Below, piece by piece: positions 1 through 14,043 of a DNA stretch of 64,000 bases. Made by a program: the position numbers and the translations under genes. Positions within the stretch are counted from its first letter, which is position 1, and the number at the start of each line of letters is the position of its first letter. Below the pieces are notes generated by a model. The model saw nothing but the letters and a program-made list of their open reading frames with translations, was not told the origin of the DNA and searched no databases. Source of the DNA: the human T2T-CHM13v2.0 reference genome, Homo sapiens; assembly GCF_009914755.1 (NCBI RefSeq), contig NC_060929.1; one strand, 5' to 3'.

Positions 1-272
1 TCAGCAATCCCAGTGGAAAGATAGAATCTCTGCTTTCAACATCCACAGAAAAAGCCCTGGGGTGATTTCCGTGGCTCTGGGTGTGTGGTATCCATCCCTG
101 GAGGTTGGAGCACACTACATTCTTATTGTCTGGGGTCATATGACCACATCTGCAGGGAAACAGAGAATCTGTTTCACCCAAAACAAAAGGACTAGAACAT
201 AGTTGCAATTTTCCCAAGGAAAATGTAAGTGCTGTGACCATGAGGCGGGGAAATGAATGCTGAGCTGCAAAA
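1..272 (-). mobile_element. Old MaLR LTR fragment (MLT1K/L-like)
   Basis: Motifs 'ggggtcatatgaccacatct' and 'tttcccaaggaaaatg..gtgctgtgacc..ggaaatgaatgctgagc' resemble old MLT1 LTRs; highly diverged. Confidence 0.5.
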
Positions 273-3200
273 CCCACAGATGCCCTCACCGTAGAGGCTC
301 TGAACGAAGGAGAGAGAAGTGAGAAGGGTTGTCGTGGGGCCCTGCTCAGAGTACCCACTTCTGGAACGTGACTGGTTGAAAGTCTTCAGACACCATTCTT
401 TGGACCCCTCTCCACTCATTTGGGCCACTCCCAGCCACTGACTAAGCGAGGCAGAATACTAGAATTGGGCCATTTCTGCCTGATGCAGGATTCCTCTGTT
501 GGGCAATGTTAGTTCGGCCACATTGCCTGGGCAAGGCTCTTTCAGTACTGCCCCATAGTCTGAGGCTCTTTCTACCCAATCCTTCCTGCTCTCTCTTCTT
601 TCACAGGTGTCAGGGCTGCATTGCAATCTGGAAGCTCTCTTCACTACTCCTGATCCCTCCCTGTTATCCTTCACGGCATCTCCCTGAATGATCCTTGCCT
701 GTAGAATTATTTCCTGGTGTCTGCTTCTCAGAGGACCTGAACTGACACAGCATGCGTGAATCTTTTATAGCTCTGTCCTCCAAATGGCTGTAAATTGTGT
801 GTGCTCTTTGATTTTGGCTGATGGTTTGGCGGAGGTATTTAATCTCTCTACTGATAATGATGTCTGATGAAAGAAGACAAAGACTGCTGCTCGAACCGTA
901 CATCTTGAGGAAAGAAGGTGGTCCTGAACAGTGCCCCAGCCACGTTCAGATGTTCAAGCTTCCCATCCATGGTGCAGGCCACAGACAGGCAGACACCTTC
1001 ATTTTATTTTATGAACTGTAACAAGAGAAAGTGTTCACTGAATTGTCTTGGTCATTAACAGATTGGAGGCAGCCACAAACTTTATGAGAATTCACTTGCT
1101 GAGTCACAGGGAGATATTAGTCAGCCTGAGCCTTTGATAGTGCCAGGCTCTATAGTGAAATGTTTAATGCTCTCCCATTTAATGGAAAATATACATTGTT
1201 GGTAACATCTGTGGGGCTGTTCAAGAAGCCAGAAACCGCAAGAGTTCCTGGCCTGACCCTCACTGGCAGGTGCAATGATTCTCAGATCTTTGTTATTTTC
1301 TGGTTATCGTTACCCGGTTAGCCAAAATATGTGTTTTTATGAAAAATCGTGATAAATACTGTATTCCTTACTGGTGGCATTTTTCTTCTCAAAAATACAT
1401 TAATCAAGGCTTTAGGCAGCAAACTGGAATCTGATTGATAAAGTAAATCTTGAGGAGCTGTTCTGTGGGTCACAGTCCCCATTTTCCCCGTTGGTGAACT
1501 TTTAGCTTTCTGCTTAGGGGGATTTTGTCTTATTTAGCTCCATCCGATGAGGCTGAGTCCATTAGGAAACTCAGTGGAAGGAGCTGGAAAAATGAACTTC
1601 TAACCATTCTAATGGAAAAATCTACACTCTAAGCTGGAAAAAGGCTTTCCTAATGAACAAGGAGAATATTTTTCCTCGGTGGCCATGAGGTTGTGCTACT
1701 GGAAACCCCCAGGGCACTTGTAAGTGAAAAACAGAGCATCAGTAATTTGGCGAGAATTCAGAAAACAAAACTTTCTCTCTGTCCAAGACAATGACTGCAT
1801 TTCTATTTATTTCTCTCCTGCTCAAAACTCCTAAGGATCACTCAGTGCTGCATTTCATTTTCACTGGACCCCAGTAGACGGTGGACAAAAGTATTTTGTA
1901 ACAAATCTAGTATGACTTGTCATTTGTCTTTACAAGCATCGGCAAAATCCTATTAGAGTGTGCCAGTATTCTTTGTGTTTGTTTGTCTCTTAAGTCCAAG
2001 GCTCAAATTTACATAAAGGTGAAATGATTGACAACCAGCATATTTTAACTTGAAGCAGCTTTAATTTTGCTATGATTTCACATTGTTTCCTCATGTATGG
2101 AAAGCATAATCCTGGAAATTAGGTTTCCAATGAAAACAAGGACATCTCTCTTATTGCTGTATTATAGTTGTCTTAAAAAATTCCTCATCTTCCCAGTGTG
2201 AGGAAGATAATTTGACACAATGTTCAATCCTGGATTCACTTAACTTTGTCTTTTTTTCCACCAATGTAACTTCCAGCTTTCTGATGAGCAAGAGTTTTAT
2301 AATGTATGATGAGTATAACTAATCTAGAATTAATTTCATGTACAAAAATACTTGAGTCATATATGAATTGATGATTTTTACAGGTTTTTCAAGTATTTAC
2401 TTGGCTATTATTCTCATAAATGCACTCAGATAATGGTTTCTGATTTTGTGATTAAAAAATTATGGTCTGGGGGGCTGGCTGGCAAGATGGCCAAATAGGA
2501 ACAGCTCCAGTCTGTAGCTCCCAGCGAGACCAATGCAGAAGGCAGGTGATTTCTGCATTTCCAACTGAGGTACCCTGTTTGTCACATTGGGACTGGTTAG
2601 GCAGTGGGTGCAGCCCATGGAGGGCAAGCAGAAGCAGGGTGGGGCATCGTCTCACCTGGGAAGTGCAGGGAGCAGGGGCCCTCCCTTTCCCAGCCAAGGG
2701 AAGCCTTGAGGGACTGTGCTATCCAGCCCAGATATTCCTCACCTATGGTTTTTGTAACTGCAGACCAGGAGATTCCCTCATGAGCCTACACCACCAGGGC
2801 CCTGGGCCCTGTTTGGACGGTTGTTTGGGCAGGCACCGAGCTAGCTCCAGGAGTTCTTTTTTTTTCATACCCCAGTGGTGCCTGGAACCCCAGCAAGACA
2901 GAACCATTCACTCCTCTAGAAAGGGGGCTGAGCCAGAGAGAAAAGTGGTCTTGCTCAGTGGATCCCACTCCTACAGAGCCCAGCAAGCTAAGAACCACTG
3001 ATAGAAATTTTTCCTGCCAGCACAGCAGTCTGAAGATGACCTGGGATGATTGAGCTTGGTGGGGGGAGGGGCGTCTGCCATCACTGAGGCTTGAGTAGGT
3101 GGGTTTCCCCGATAGTGCTAAAAAGGCCTGGAAGTTCAGACTGGGCAGAACTCAACACAGCATGGCAAAGCAGCTGTGGCCAGACTGCCTCTCTAGATTT

Positions 3201-3806
3201 CTCTTCACTGAGCAAGGCATGTCTGAAAGAAAGGCAGCGGTCTCAGTCAGGGGCTTACGGATAAAACTCCCATCTCGCTGGGACAGAGCACCTTGGAGAA
3301 GGGGTGGCTGTGGGCGCAACTTCATCAGACTTAAACATTCCTGTCTGCTGGCTCTGAAGAGAGCAGCGGATCCTGACTAGGAGGGTTCTACCAGCACAGT
3401 GCTTGAGCTCTGCTAAGGGACAGACTACCTCCTCAAGTAGGTCCCTGACTCCCATGCTTCCTGACTGGGAGAGACCTCCCAACAGGGGTTGACAGACACC
3501 TCATACAGGAACGCTCTGGCTGGCGTCAAGGCAGTGCCCCTCTGGGATGGAGCTTCCAGAGGAAGGAGGAGGCAGCAATCTTTGCTGTTCTGCAGCCTCC
3601 GCTGGTGATACCCAGGCAAATAGGGTCTGGAGTGGACCTCCAGCAAACTGCAGCAGACCTGCAGAGAGGGGTCTGACTGTTAGAAGAAAAACTAACAAAC
3701 AGAAAACAATAACATTAACATCAACAAAAAGAACCCTCCCTCCCCAACAGAAACCCCATCCAAAGGTCTTCAGCCTCAAAAATTGAAGGTAGATAAATCC
3801 ACGAAG

Positions 3807-4836
3807 AGGAGGAAAAACCAGTGCATAAAGGCCGAAAATTCCAAAAACCAGAATTCTTCTTCTCCTCCAAATGATTGCAACTCCTCTCCAGCAAGGGCAC
3901 AAAACTGGACAGAGAATGAGTTTGACGAATTGACAGAAGGAGGCTTCAGAAGGTGGGTAATAACAAACTCCTGTGAGCTAAAGGAGCATGTTCTAACTCT
4001 TTAGTGCAAGGAAGCTAAGAACCTTGACAAAAGGTTACAGGAACTGCTAACTAAAATAACCAGTTTAGAGAAGAACATAAATGACCTGATGGAGCTGAAA
4101 AACACAGCATGAGAGCTTCATGAAGCATACACAAGTAACAATAGCCAAATTGATCAAGCATAAGAAAGAATATCAGAGATTGAAGATCAACTTAATGAAA
4201 TAAGGTGTGAAGACAAGATTAGAGAAAAAAAGATTGAAAAGGAATGAACAAAGCCTTCAAGAAATATGGGACAATGTGAAAAGACCAATCCTATGATTGA
4301 TTGGGTTTCCTGAAAGTGACCAGGAGAATGGAACCAAGTTAGAAAACACTCTTCAGGATATTATCCAGGAGAACTTCCCCAACCTAGCAAGACAGGCCAA
4401 CATTCAAATTCAGGAAATACAGAGAACACCACTAATATACTCCTCAAGAAGAGCAACTCCACGACACATAATCATCAGATTCTCCAAGGTTGAAACAAAG
4501 GACAAAATACTAAGGGCAGCCAGAGAGAAAGGTCAGGTTACCTACAAAGGGAAGTCCATCAAACTAACAGCAGATCTCTTTGCAGAAATGCTGCAAGCCA
4601 GAAGAGAGTGGAGGTCAATATTCAACATTTTTAAAGAAAAGAATTTTCAGCCCAGAATTTCATATCCAGCCAAACTAAGTTTCATAAGTGAAGCTGAAAT
4701 AAAATCCTTTACAGACAAGCAAATGCTGAGGGATTTTGTCACCACCAGGCCTGCCTTAAAAGAGCTCCTGAAGGAAACACTAAATATGGAAAGGAAAAAC
4801 CGGTACCAGCTACTACAAAAACACACCAAAATATAA
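3807..4836 (+). pseudogene. L1 ORF1p remnant (start codon ATG->AGG, stops and frameshifts)
   Basis: Fragments 3783-4004 (WTENEFDELTEGGFRRW) and 4297-4836 (IIQENFPNLARQ, QARREW, YPAKLSF). Confidence 0.93.
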
Positions 4837-4899
4837 AGACCAATGACACTATGAAAAATCTGCATCAACTAATGTGCAAAATAACCAGCTAGCATTATG

Positions 4900-7800
4900 A
4901 TGACAGGATCAAATTCACACATAACAATATTAACCTTAAATGTAAATGGGCTAAATGCCCCAGTTAAAGACACAGGCTGGCATATTGGATAAAGAGTCAA
5001 AACCCATTGGTGTGCTGTATTCAGGAGACCCACCTCACATGCAAAGACACACACAGTCTCAAAATAAAGGGATGGAGGAATATTTACCAAGCAAATGGAA
5101 AGCAAAAAAAGCAGGCAGGGGTTGCAATCCTAGTCTCTGATAAAACAGATTTTAAACCAACAAAGATCAAAAAAAACAAAGAAGAGCATTACATAATGGT
5201 AAAGGGATCAACACAACAAGAAGAGCTAACTATCCTAAATATATATGCACCCAATACAGGAGCACCCAGATTCATAAAACAAGTTCTTAGAGACCTAAAA
5301 AGAGACGTAGACTCCCACAGAATAATAGGGGGAGACTTTAACACCCCACTGTCACCCACTGTCAATATTAGACTGATCAACAAGACAGAAGATTAACAAG
5401 GATATTCAGGACTTGAACTCAGCTCTGGACCAAGTGGATCTAATAGATATCTACAGAACTCTCCACCCCAAATCAACAGAATATACATTCTTCTCAGTAC
5501 CACAGCACACTTATTCTAAAATTGACCACATAATTGGAAGTAAAACATTCCTCAGCAAATGAAAAAGAACAGAAAACATAACAAACAGCCTCTCAGACCA
5601 CAGTGCAATCAAATTAGAACTCAGGATTAAGAAACTCACTCAAAACTGTACAACCACATGGAAATGGAACAACCTGCTCCTGAATGACTACTGGGTACAT
5701 AATGAAATGAAGGCAGAAATAAATAAGTTATTTGAAACCAACGTGAACAAAGAGAAAACATACCAGAATCTCTGGATCACAGCTAAAGCAGTGTTTAGAG
5801 GGAAGTTTATAGCACTAAATGCCCACAAGAGAAATCAGGAAAGATCTAAAATCGACACCCTAACATCACAATTAAAAGAACTAGAGAAGCAAGAGCAAAC
5901 AAATTTAAAAGCTAGCAGAAGACAAGAAAAAACTAAGATCAGAGCAAAACTGAAAGAGATAGAGGCACAAAAACCCTTCAAAAAATCAATGAATCCAGGA
6001 GCTGGTTTTTTGAAAATATTAACAAAATAGATAGACTGGTAGCCAGAATAATAAACAGGAAAAGAGAGAAGAATCAAATAGACACAATAAAAAATGATAA
6101 AGGGGATATCACCACTGATCCCACAAAAATACAAACTACCATCAGAGAATACTATAAACACCTCTATGCAAATAAACTAGAAAATCTAGAAGAAATCAGT
6201 AAATTCCTGGACACATACACCCTCCCAAGACTAAACCAAGAAGAAGTGGAATCCCTCAATAGACCAATAACAAGTTCTGAAATTAAGGCAGTAATTAATA
6301 GCCTACCAACCAAAAAAAGCCCAAGACCAGGTGGATTCACAGCTGAATTCTACCAGAGGTACAAAGAGGAGTTGATACCACTCCTTCTGAAACTGTTCCA
6401 AACAATAGAAAAAGAGGGACTCCCCACTAACTCATTTTTTGAGGCCAGCATCATCCTGATACCAAAACCAGGCAGAGACACAACAAAAAAAGAAAATTTC
6501 AGGCCAATATCCCTGATGAACATCGATGGGAAGATCCTCAATAAAATTCTGCAAACCGAATCCAGCAGCACATCAAAAAGCTTATCCACCATAATCAAGT
6601 TGGCTTCATCCCTGGGATGCAAGGCTGGTTCAACATATGCATATCAGTCAACATAATCTGTTACATAAACAGAACCAATGACAAAAAGCACATGATTATC
6701 TCAATAGATTCAGAAAAGGCCTTCAATAAAATTCAACACTGCTCCATACTAAAAACTCTCAATAAACTAGGTATTGATGGAACACATGTCAAAATAATAA
6801 GAACTATTTATTACAAACTCATAGCCAATATCATACTGAATGGGCAAAAGCTGAAGGCATTCATTTGAAAACTGGGATAAAGATACCATCTCTCCCCACT
6901 CCTATTCAACATAGTATTGGAAGTTCTAGTCGGAGCAATCAGGCAAGAGAAAGAAATAAAGGGTATTTAAATAGGAGGAGAGGAATTCAAATTGTCTCTG
7001 TTTGCAAATGACATGATTGTATATTTAGAAAACCCCATCATCTCAGCCCCAAAACTCCTTAAACTGATAAGCAACTTCAGCAAAGTCTCAGGACACAAAA
7101 TCAATGTGCAAAAATTTCAAGCATTCCTATATACCAATAACAGACAAGCAGAGAGCCAAATCATGAGTGAACTCCCATTCACAATTGCTACAAAGCGAAT
7201 AAAATACCTAAGAATACAACTTACAAGGGAAGTGAAAGACCTCTTCAAGGAGAACTACAAGCCACTGCTCAAGGAAATGAGAGAGGATGCAAACAAATGC
7301 ATAAACATTCCATGGTCATGGATAGGAAGAATCAATATCATGAAAATGGCCATACTGCCTAAAGTAATTTACAGATTCAATGCTTTTCCCATCAAGGTGC
7401 TATTCACTTTCTTCATATAACTAGAAAAAACTACTTTACATTTCACATGGAACCAGAAAAGAGCCTGTATAGCCAAGACAATCCTAAGTCAAAAGAACAA
7501 AGCTGGAGGCATCATACTACCTGACTTCAAACTATGCTGCAAGGCTGCAGCAACCAAAACAGCATGGTACTGACACCAAAACCGATATTTAGACCAATGG
7601 AACAGAACAGAGGCCTCAGAAATAATACCACACATCTACAACCATCTGATCTTCACCAAACCTGACAACAATAAGCAATGGGGAAAGGATTACACATTTA
7701 ATAAATGGTGCTGGGAACACTGGCTAGCCATATGCAGAAAACAGAACTGGAACCCTTCCTTACACCTTATAGAAAAATTAACCCAAGATGGATTAAAGAC

Positions 7801-8724
7801 TTAAATGTAAAACCTAAAACTATAATAACCGTAGAATAAACCCTAGGCAATACCATTCATGACATAAGCATGGGCAAAGCCTTCATGACTAAAACACTAA
7901 AAACAATTGCAACAAAAGCCAAAATTGACAAATGGGATCTAATTCAACTAAAGAGCTTCTGCTCAGCAAAATAAACTACCATCAGAGTTAATAGGCAATC
8001 TAAAGAATGGGAGATAATTTTTGCAATCTATCCATCTGACAAAGGTCTAATGTCTAGTATCTACAAGGAAGTTAAAACAAATGTACAAGAAAAAAACAAC
8101 CCCATCAAAAAGTGGGTGAAGCATTTGAACAGAGACTTCTCAAAAGATGACATTTATGCAGCCAACAAACGTATGAAAAAAAGCTTATCACTGGTTATTA
8201 GAGAACTGCAAATCAAAACCACAATGAGATACCATCTCATGCCAGTTAGAATGATGATCATTAAAAAGTCTGGAAACAACAGATACTGGCAAGAATGCAG
8301 AGAAATAGGAATGCTTTTACATGGTTGGTAGGAGTGTAAATTAGTTCAACCATTGTGAAAGACAGTGTGGCAATTTCTCAAGGATCTTAGAACCAAAAAT
8401 ACCATTTGACCCAGCAATCCCCTTACTGGGTATATACCCAAAGGATTATAAGTCATTCTACTATAAAGACACATGCACACATGTTTATTGCAGCAGTATT
8501 TACCATAGCAAAGACTTGGAACCAACCCAAATGCCTATCAATTATAGACAGGATAAAGAAAATGTGGCACATATACACCATGGAATACTATGCAGTCATA
8601 AAAAAGGAATGAATTCACATCCTTTGCAGGGATATGGATGAAGCTAGCAAGCATCATCCTCAGCAAACTAACACAGGAGCAGAAAACCAAACACTGCATG
8701 TTGTCACTCATAAGTGGGAGTTGA
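4900..8724 (+). pseudogene. L1 ORF2p remnant (endonuclease/reverse transcriptase), multiply disrupted
   Basis: Fragments 5007-5396 ([22 protein letters not shown]), 5707-6030, 6246-6656, 6617-6868, 6992-7420, 8050-8331; RT catalytic FADD reads FAND. Confidence 0.93.
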
Positions 8725-9019
8725 ACAATGAGAACACATGGACACAGGGAGGGGAACATCACACAGCAGGGTCTGTTGAGGGGTCGGGGGAAAGAGGAGG
8801 GAGAGCATTAGGACAAATACCTAATGCATGCAGGGCTTAAAACCTAGATGACGGGTTAATAGGTACAGCAAACCACCATGGCACAAGTATACTTATGTAA
8901 CAGACCTGCACATTCAGCACATGTATCCCAGAACTTAAAGTAAAATAAATAAATAAAATTAAAAAAAATTTTAAAAATAAAAAATTATGTTCTGGAGGGA
9001 GGGTGAAATGAATTGTTCT

Positions 9020-9387
9020 TGAAAGGCTATAAAGTTTGTTATGAGTAAAGAGTAGAGATCTGATTTACAAAATAGTACCTATAGCTAAGAATACAGTATT
9101 TTGCATTTTAAAATATGTTAAGAGGCTAGATCTCATGTTAAGTGATTTTACCAAACAACTTACCAACCAACCAACCAAACAATTAACCAACCAACCAGCC
9201 AACCAACCAACCAAACAGAAAATCAACAAAGAAGACAAGGACATTTTTGGAGGTGACGGATATGTCTAGTACTTTGGTTGTGGTGGTGGTATCACAGGTA
9301 TATGCATTTGTTCAAATGATTCAAGATGTGTACATTAAGTCTTTGCTTTAGGGGTATATCAATTATACCTCAATAAAACTAAAAAAT
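9020..9387 (+). mobile_element. Old L1M (L1MA/MB-class) 3' end with embedded (CAAC)n at ~9160-9213
   Basis: 'ttttggaggtgacggatatgt..tcaattatacctcaataaaac' is a typical L1M 3' terminus. Confidence 0.7.
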
Positions 9388-9899
9388 TATGGGCAATGCA
9401 ACAATGGAAAATCCTTAGTACTGAGTAAAAGTATTAATATGTCTGAGAAGCATGCATTAGTCTTTGCACTTAAATATGTTGATTTTTTGTTTAATTTTTC
9501 TCTACAAACAATTTCATTCAGTTGGTTAAGGAGCACAGGCTGATTTTTTTATAATTGAAATTCAGAAAGGCAGAGTTTAATTGCCTTGATTGAATTTGCA
9601 TTCATGCTGGTGTTTTTAGTTAGTAGGGTATGCTAAATAAAACAAGCAAACAATCTTCATTACCTTTGGAATTACCAATCAAGCTCCTTTTCTCATTTCT
9701 GTAGGTCTTTACTGCCAATTTACTGAGAGCATATTTTCAGTATCTGAATTTTATAGGCTGTGGCACAACTGATTAGGGCTAAAAGCTGACCACCAGGTGG
9801 TTGAGGAGTGGTTAATTGAAGGAATGGGCACCATAATTACAGATTAAGTGAGGCATATTGGAGTTAGGAATCAAAGAGTCTCATCTGATTAACTCAGTT

Positions 9900-11335
9900 T
9901 TGTATAGAATTTTAGTTTTTATCAAAGTCATACATATACAGAGTTTAAACAATTTACTGTTTTTAAAAAAAGCAAAACACAACAAAAACAAAATAGTGGG
10001 CTTCTACTCTGCTGTTCGCCATCTTTGAGTCTTCTCCCCTAGAGACAACCACTTTCGTTTCTTTAGGCTCTTTCCTCTGATACTGACTATATATTTCCAT
10101 TGCTTGAATTTCCAATTATAAGAATTTATTTTGACTTCATATTACCAAAGGTGAGGATTTAAGACTCTCTTACCTACCCCCAACATATACTCACTTTTCT
10201 ATCCTCCTAACATGGCTATATGTCAGTTTTGGGGCAAAACCGTATTTAGAGATTGCGTTATTATTTCTACATAAGCAATGTCCCACCGCTGAGCTGCAGA
10301 GTGTCCTAGGACTGTATTTATTTTATTTTACTTTTTCCCCTTGGTGTTAATTATGCCACGTATTTTATTTGCTTAGTTTTCTGTATGCCAGAGGCTTAAT
10401 CACGCTAATCTCCCCTACAGAATTATAAATAAGATCTCTCTTATCTGGTCAAATACATCAGGGATTCTATTCATTTTATTTTATTGTTTTCCTCTGGAAA
10501 CATCTCTCTTGAAACCACCTATTCTTCTTCTCCAACCTGGAGCTTTCTAGAGCCTGCAGAGCTGGGTTACTGAAGCCCCACTTCATCACTATCCTGGGAA
10601 TTCTCATTGTCTCTGTCACTCCTGCATTGAATTCTGTTTGCTGGGCCCCATGTTTCCTCCTTTCTTGGTTGGATCTGTCATTTGGTGGAGCATGTCCTCT
10701 GGTAGCTTCCGGAGAGAGGATCCATGAAGTGACTCTTTTAGAGACATTGTATATCTGAAAATTTCTTTTCCAGGTATAGAGTTCTGGTTTGGACATGATT
10801 TTTCCTTCTGTATTTCGAACTTCTAGATTCCAGTCCTCCTATTGAGAAGCCCAATGCCATTGTGATTCCTGATCTTCTATTTCAACTTTTGGCATCTCTG
10901 ATGTTCCGAGATTCCAGTTCTGTGCCTTGGTGTGGGTCATTTTTAAAATCCCTCGACTGGACATTGTGTGGGCCCCTTCAATGTGGGAAATCATGTTCTT
11001 CAATGTTATAAAATTATATTTATATGGTTTATGTGATAGTTCCTTTTTTTCTGCTTTCTCCTTTTAGAAATTATATTGTTTAGATGCTAAACTTACCAGA
11101 TTCTTCTTGTCCAATATTGTCTTCTGTTTTCCATTTTTGGGGGAGGTCATGTTCATTCTATTTTCTGGGCCAGGGTGATTTCTTGGTCTTTTAAATTCAA
11201 GTTGTTCTTCTGGTCTCCTCTCAATTTCCTTAGTCCCGCACTCTACTGCCCCATTTTAAAAAAACTCTGTGTTAATTCTCTTATTCTTTGTAATTACTCC
11301 TTTGATAAAATATCATCCCTTTTTTATGGATGCAA
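9900..11335 (-). mobile_element. HAL1 / ancient L1ME-like fragment
   Basis: 'ggagcatgtcctctggtagcttcc..tgtatatctgaaaat..caggtatagagttctgg..ttgagaagcccaatgccatt' resembles antisense HAL1. Confidence 0.6.
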
Positions 11336-11744
11336 AAGTATTCTGTAAACCTTTATTAAAGTCCCATAGATGCCTGTAGAGTCCTTTTAGGATTTGGGGT
11401 AAGTCAAGGTGGTAGAGCTTAGGTCCATGCCTGGATGTATGGAGAATATTTGTATTTTAAAGGAAATGCAAGAAAAAAAAGGGGAGTGTGAGTGAGGTCA
11501 AGAATTAGGGGGAGCAGGAACTTACGGCCAAATGTCTCCATGAAATGTCAGTGCATGGCAACACACAGAAAGCCTGTGGAGGGTTCATGATAGAGACCTT
11601 GAGGCAGTCCCATTTTATTCTCAGTCTTGATAGTTTCAGTCTACACCTGGATTGCAACAATTTTGCTCTACATACATGCATATCTCATATTCTTGTGGCT
11701 GTATGGAACCCCATCCTCTCCATACCCCTTACCCCCGTCTACCA

Positions 11745-12200
11745 AAACACACACACCCAAACGCATGCACAAACACACATACAAATACACACACACAACC
11801 ACACACAGTCACGAACATACAAACACACATACAGACACACACAAGTACACAAAAACACATACATATGAACACAAAAACACAAAGATTCACAAACACAGGC
11901 ACACACACACACTCACAAACATACAAACACACATACAGACACAAACAAGCACAAACATACACAAACACATACAGGCGCATTTACACTCACAAACATACAA
12001 ACACACATACAGACATACACAGCATGGCATGCACAAACACACACAATACAGTTACACACAAACACATACAAGAATACACACAGTCACAAATGTACAAACA
12101 CAGACACAAGCACACACACAAGCACACACACACACAAACACATACAGACACATACACACTCATAAACACACACACAGTCAAACACACAAACACATACATG
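11745..12200. repeat. Degenerate (CA)n-rich low-complexity tract, ~450 bp
   Basis: Recurrent cacaaacatacaaacacacatacagac units; source of spurious His/Thr-rich ORFs. Confidence 0.95.
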
Positions 12201-12499
12201 TGTGGTACACAGATGTCTTAACTGTGTCAGGAGAAACCTTTTTTCTCTACTAGTCATTTTCTCACTGTGCTAATAGTGTCTTCATTGACTTGTGCCCTTC
12301 AGCCCTTCTCTGTATAGGGGACTTTGACTAATGGGACTCAGCTCAAACTGGGGAGAATTTTCCGATGCTCCCAGGCAGAATTTATCTTTCCCTCCTCCAT
12401 AGTCTTGTGGCAGTCCACACTTGGAACTTTACGTTTTAATTTTGTTTTCTATATATTTCCCCTCTCCAACTGCATCATCGCCCCTCCACAACCATAAAA

Positions 12500-12715
12500 A
12501 AAATTTGCTGAGCACTTTTCTAAGAATATGTTACCAAATGGACCCGTTTAGTTATCATAACAACTGTATGAAGTAGCTATTATTACCAACCTCACTGCCT
12601 AGGTGAAGAAGCGGAGGTGCAGAGGAGATGCGTCCCCAGCCCATGGTCCTCAGCCAGGGAGAGTTTCAGAACATGAGCCAGGCAGTGGTTACACGTCCCA
12701 TGCCTTTCTCTGCGG
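12500..12715 (-). mobile_element. MIR SINE
   Basis: 'caactgtatgaagtagctattattacc..ggtgaagaagcggaggtgcagaggag..cagcccatggtc' matches the MIR core. Confidence 0.6.
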
Positions 12716-13266
12716 ATCTACTGCCCAGCATAGTGTGGGTGCATTCTCAGGAATGCTCATTCATCAGTGAATTCGTTCATAATACATTCTTAAAAAGATG
12801 GCAAACATTTTGTCTTGGTCACAAGTTGGAACTCATTTAAGGTAAATGTGTAAAATGTTCTGGAGAAAACGGTTGTTGTGCTTGTCATTTATTTGTTTTA
12901 TCAAACACTGGGCAAAGGCTCTAAAGCTCTGCTCAGTGAACTGATTTATGGAGGTAATTTGTTCATTGATTTATGTTTAATACCCCTGCCAATGCACTAT
13001 TTTGCTTAATAGTCTCACTTTCCTGCTGGCAGCTAGACTTGGATGGGGTGACTAATCCACCACAGGGTGTCAGGTGGGCCTTCCCAGCCATGCTGAGAGT
13101 GGCTGTGCTGTCTCACTAATGAGTAAGTCTCCACACCGACTGTCACTCGCCAGGCAAAGCTGTCGTTGTGCAGATGCTGCTGAATACCCGAGCTCTTCCT
13201 TGCCAAATCCCCACCAACATTTTCTTTGTAATTACTCCTTTTATAAAATATCACTCCTTTTATACA

Positions 13267-13723
13267 AAATGAAGACATGGATGTGACCACTGGATTCTGA
13301 ATTCTGGGGATCATTGGTGATTTCCCAAGATCAATGTCACCAACATCAATTGTTCCAAGTATGATGTTGCCAAATGATGGGAAAACAAGACCTGTTGGAG
13401 TGGGTGGAGGGGGAATGAGATGTAAGCGTTAGGAGGCACTAATGATAAATTTCTTCTAGAAGAAATGTCTTGTGAAGAGGAATTGAGATTGCAAGTGATA
13501 TGAGGGACAAGGGAGGATTTTGTTTTTTAACATGGGAAGATATTTATAAACCAGTGGACATAAAACAGTAGAGAAAAAGGAAACTGATGTGCTGTTAGAA
13601 TTAATAATGCACATAAAACTATGAAACAAATACAAATGAAACAGAAGAGTGGAGGGAATTATTGTTTTAAAAAATGTACTATGTCTGATATGAAAGAATT
13701 TATGTCTAATCATAAAAGAATTT
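13267..13723 (+). repeat. Local direct duplication, copy 1 (of 15574-16009)
   Basis: Shares aaatgaagacatggatgtgaccactggattctgaattctggggatca..aaagaatttc with 15574-16009; roughly 85% identity by eye. Confidence 0.95.
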
Positions 13724-13744
13724 CCCTGAAAAGCAAAGAGAGGG

Positions 13745-14043
13745 GACTGAGTGCAGTGGCTTACTCCTGTAATCCCAACACTTTGAGACATTGAGAAAGG
13801 AGGATGACTTGAGGCCAGGAGTTCAAGACCAGCCTGGGCAACATAGCGAGACCCCTGTCTTGCCAAAAAATTAATATAAATTAAGTGGGTACGGTCATGC
13901 ATGTCTGTCCCAGCTACTCAAGAGGCTGAGGTGAGAAGTACAGTTGAGCCCAGGAGTTGGAGGCTGCAGTGAGCCATGGATCTTGCCACTGCACTCCAGC
14001 CTGGGTGACAGAGTGAGACCCCATCTCAAAAAAAGAAAAAGAA
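13745..14043 (+). mobile_element. AluJ
   Basis: Dimeric Alu with J-type diagnostics (ttgaggccaggagttcaagaccagcctgggcaacatagcgagaccc; ggaggctgcagtgagccatg) and A tail. Confidence 0.92.

Larger units (their letters stand above)
2471..8978 (+). mobile_element. Full-length inactive LINE-1, L1PA7/L1PA8-like
   Basis: 5'UTR begins ggggctggctggcaagatggcc; ORF1 and ORF2 remnants; 3'UTR 'gagagcattaggacaaatacctaatgcatg..cttaaaacctagatgacggg'; A-rich tail; TSD aaaaaattatg(g/t)tctgg at 2454-2470 and 8979-8995, following a TT/AAAA endonuclease site. Confidence 0.95.

Noticed and set aside
11545-12253. 107-208 aa His/Thr-rich ORFs in several frames
   Set aside because: Translations of the CA-rich low-complexity tract, which lacks stop codons by composition.
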